Assembly (NCBI GenBank): GCA_043826455.1
Contig: JBDRQD010000061.1
Span: forward strand, 1-37,630
Length of the DNA: 37,630 nt
Reading direction: 5' to 3'
Origin: Candidatus Bathyarchaeota archaeon
Lineage (GTDB): Archaea; Thermoproteota; Bathyarchaeia; TCS64
Both the position numbers and the translations under genes were made by a program. The notes beneath the pieces are model-generated. The model was not told the DNA's origin and made no database searches. It saw only the letters and a list, made by a program, of their open reading frames with translations. Below, one piece after another: positions 35,818-37,630 of this stretch. Within the stretch, counting starts at the first letter, position 1; each line of letters starts with the position of its first letter.

Positions 35818-35903
35818 GCGGGGGTTCCCGAGTGGCCAAAGGGGTTAGGTTCAGGCCCTAATGGACTAGTCCTGCGTGGGTTCGATCCCCACCCCCCGCA
35901 CCA
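35818..35903 (+). tRNA. tRNA-Leu(CAG), CCA encoded
   Basis: Acceptor GCGGGGG/CCCCCGC, anticodon stem TTAGG/CCTAA with loop TT-CAG-GC, long variable arm GGAC-TA-GTCC, T arm GTGGG-TTCGATC-CCCAC. Confidence 0.95.
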
Positions 35904-36121
35904 TTCTCGATGTTAGTTATGTGTATGTATGGGTGGGGGGTGTATGGTCTTCACCGCTGTGGGTGATCGCTGGGCTGCTGGCTTGTATCATGTGGCTTGG
36001 TGTATGCGATTTTGGTGTTTCCTTGGGGTTTTAGGGGGTTTGTTCCTAGTGGCTGGGAATTGTGGATTTTTGGGGGGCCAGTGTTTGTTAGGTGGCTTGT
36101 AATTTTGTGAATCTTGGGGTT

Positions 36122-36173
36122 GATGACAGCTGCGTGGAAGAATGTGATATTTTTCGAGTTGCATTTAGCTAAA
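36122..36173 (-). repeat. Dispersed intergenic element, copy 2 (inverted relative to copy 1)
   Basis: Reverse complement TTTAGCTAAATGCAACTCGAAAAATATCACATTCTTCCACGCAGCTGTCATC matches 13836..13887 at 40/52 positions. Confidence 0.75.
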
Positions 36174-36303
36174 CTACGATTGTTGGGGTGTATGGAGTAT
36201 GCTGCTTAGTATCTGATCCACGTACATAATATCCTCAATCTTTAACATTCATTCAATCCATAATTTTATCCACAATTAGCCGCAGTTTTGAGTGGTGTTT
36301 GAC

Positions 36304-37137
36304 GTGAAAGTGTTCATTTCAGTTGACATGGAGGGCGCCTCGGGGGTGACCACCTGGGACGACGTGGTCCCTGGAAGGATGTTCTACAACCAGTCCCGTC
36401 CTCTGATCACCCAGGACGTGAACGCGGCCATAGAGGGAGCCTTGGAGGCAGGAGCTACAGAGGTCCTGGTCAATGAGGCGCATGACGGTATGAGGAACCT
36501 GCTCCTGGAGAAGCTGAACCCGAAGGCCAGGGTGATCCGAGGGTTCCGGGGGAAAAAGCTGGCGATGGTGGAGGGAATCGACGAAACATTCAACAAAGCC
36601 TTCCTGGTGGGCTATCATGCCAGGGCGGGCACCACTGGAGCCATCCTCAACCACACCCTGTTCAGCGAGGTCCACAATTTCTGGATAAACGGTGTTCTTG
36701 TCGGGGAGGGCGGAATCTCGGCGGCGTTGGCGGGTGACTTCGGCGTCCCCGTTGCGCTGGTCACCGGCGACGACAAGACCATAGGGCAGATGAGGGAGCT
36801 GGTTCCAGGGGTCGCGTCTGTTGAAGTCAAGAAGGGTATCAGCAGGTACAGCGCGGATTGTCTTAACCCAGAGGTTACCTATGGGTTGATAAAGGAAGCC
36901 GCCAAGAAGGCTATGTCTGCTAAGGTTAAGCCGTACCGTGTTAAGCCCCCCGTTACGGTTGAGGTCGAGTTCACGACCCTTGAGATGGGGAGCCTCGCCA
37001 GCTGGGTTCCCTCCGTGGAGCTGGTTGAGCCCCGGAAGGTTTCATGCACGGGGGGAAGCGTCGTTGACGCCTGGAAGCCCATCTGGACGGCGATGCTGCT
37101 GGCCGGCGGGATGGCGGACCCCAAACCACAGCCATAG
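36304..37137 (+). CDS. dppA: M55 family D-aminopeptidase (DppA-like)
   Basis: KVFISVDMEG, NEAH, VGYHA, LNHT, VTGDD, VEVKKGISR; start GTG 36304 or 36292. Confidence 0.92.
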   Translation: MKVFISVDMEGASGVTTWDDVVPGRMFYNQSRPLITQDVNAAIEGALEAGATEVLVNEAHDGMRNLLLEKLNPKARVIRGFRGKKLAMVEGIDETFNKAFLVGYHARAGTTGAILNHTLFSEVHNFWINGVLVGEGGISAALAGDFGVPVALVTGDDKTIGQMRELVPGVASVEVKKGISRYSADCLNPEVTYGLIKEAAKKAMSAKVKPYRVKPPVTVEVEFTTLEMGSLASWVPSVELVEPRKVSCTGGSVVDAWKPIWTAMLLAGGMADPKPQP

Positions 37138-37246
37138 CTCTCTTAACAATTTCATATATTTGAAAGGTAAATCGGTGTTCGATCACCACCCCACATGGGC
37201 ATAATCTTATCCTCACATCACACTAACTTCTCTCAGGTAAACAATT

Positions 37247-37630
37247 ATGGTTGAACTAACCGAGATTCAGACCGCCTACTACATGGTGGCGGCAACAGGA
37301 GTACTCGTAGCAGCAGTATACTACATCATCAATCTAAGATACACGCTAAAAGCAAGGGAAATGGAGACCTGCAAATTCTTAACCGATCGGATGACCTCAG
37401 ACCAAGTGATGCAGGCATACGGTATTCTGATGCAAAAAAACATAGAGTGGAAAGATCACGATGAATTCATGGAGAAATATGGGTACTATAATCCCGAGTT
37501 TTTCGGTCACTGGACCTCATGGTTCTTTCTTGCGGAAACTCTAGGCTACATAATTAAAAACAAGATAGTCAGGGCTGAGACGATTTACGACTTAGGTGCC
37601 TGGGGCTTCATACGAATGTGGGAAAAGTAC
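37247..37630 (+). CDS. DUF4760-like membrane-anchored protein, 3' end runs off the window
   Basis: Hand translation MVELTEIQTAYYMVAATGVLVAAVYYIINLR...EWKDHDEFMEKYG...ETLGYIIK...MWEKY, open to the window end. Confidence 0.7.
   Translation, partial: MVELTEIQTAYYMVAATGVLVAAVYYIINLRYTLKAREMETCKFLTDRMTSDQVMQAYGILMQKNIEWKDHDEFMEKYGYYNPEFFGHWTSWFFLAETLGYIIKNKIVRAETIYDLGAWGFIRMWEKY

Noticed and set aside
1..37630. CRISPR array, rRNA, transposase, integrase
   Set aside because: No regularly spaced repeats or recognisable motifs found on reading the window

Overview
Archaeal chromosome segment, most likely TACK/Bathyarchaeia. This is inferred from gene content and order, an OST3/OSTC-like gene and a DUF4760-like family gene, not from a database search. 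(i) 1-4.7 kb: AT-rich glycosylation cassette on the minus strand (GT4, GT-C-like polytopic protein, GT2, DUF354). (ii) 4.8-13.5 kb: GC-richer, tightly overlapping minus-strand operon that reads into the cassette (small proteins, two DUF1616-like, membrane proteins, DUF4129-like, DUF4350, MoxR, DUF58, GT2). A divergent gene encodes a membrane-anchored CHAT/caspase-fold protease candidate. (iii) 14.8-35.9 kb: core block with rpoN-rps2-MEMO1-mvk-[~1 kb AT-rich spacer + TBP]-ipk-fni-GGPP synthase-gltX, rpl7ae-rps28e-rpl24e-[C2H2 protein]-ndk, ino1, a DCD-like domain gene, mcm, gins23, ogg, mtnA, CBS protein, intron-containing tRNA-Tyr, beta-hydroxyacid dehydrogenase, OSTC/DC2-like gene, Zn-ribbon gene, gcvT-gcvH and tRNA-Leu. 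(iv) After tRNA-Leu: G/T-rich spacer, M55 D-aminopeptidase, partial DUF4760-like gene. The most notable observations are a diverged 52-bp non-coding element in two inverted copies bracketing the core block (its TTTAGCTAAA palindrome recurs next to TBP/ipk), a plant-type DCD-like domain beside MCM, a eukaryote-like OSTC homologue, the protease plus atypical MoxR surface-glycosylation locus, and a candidate K-loop over the L7Ae start codon. No CRISPR array, rRNA, transposase or integrase was seen.
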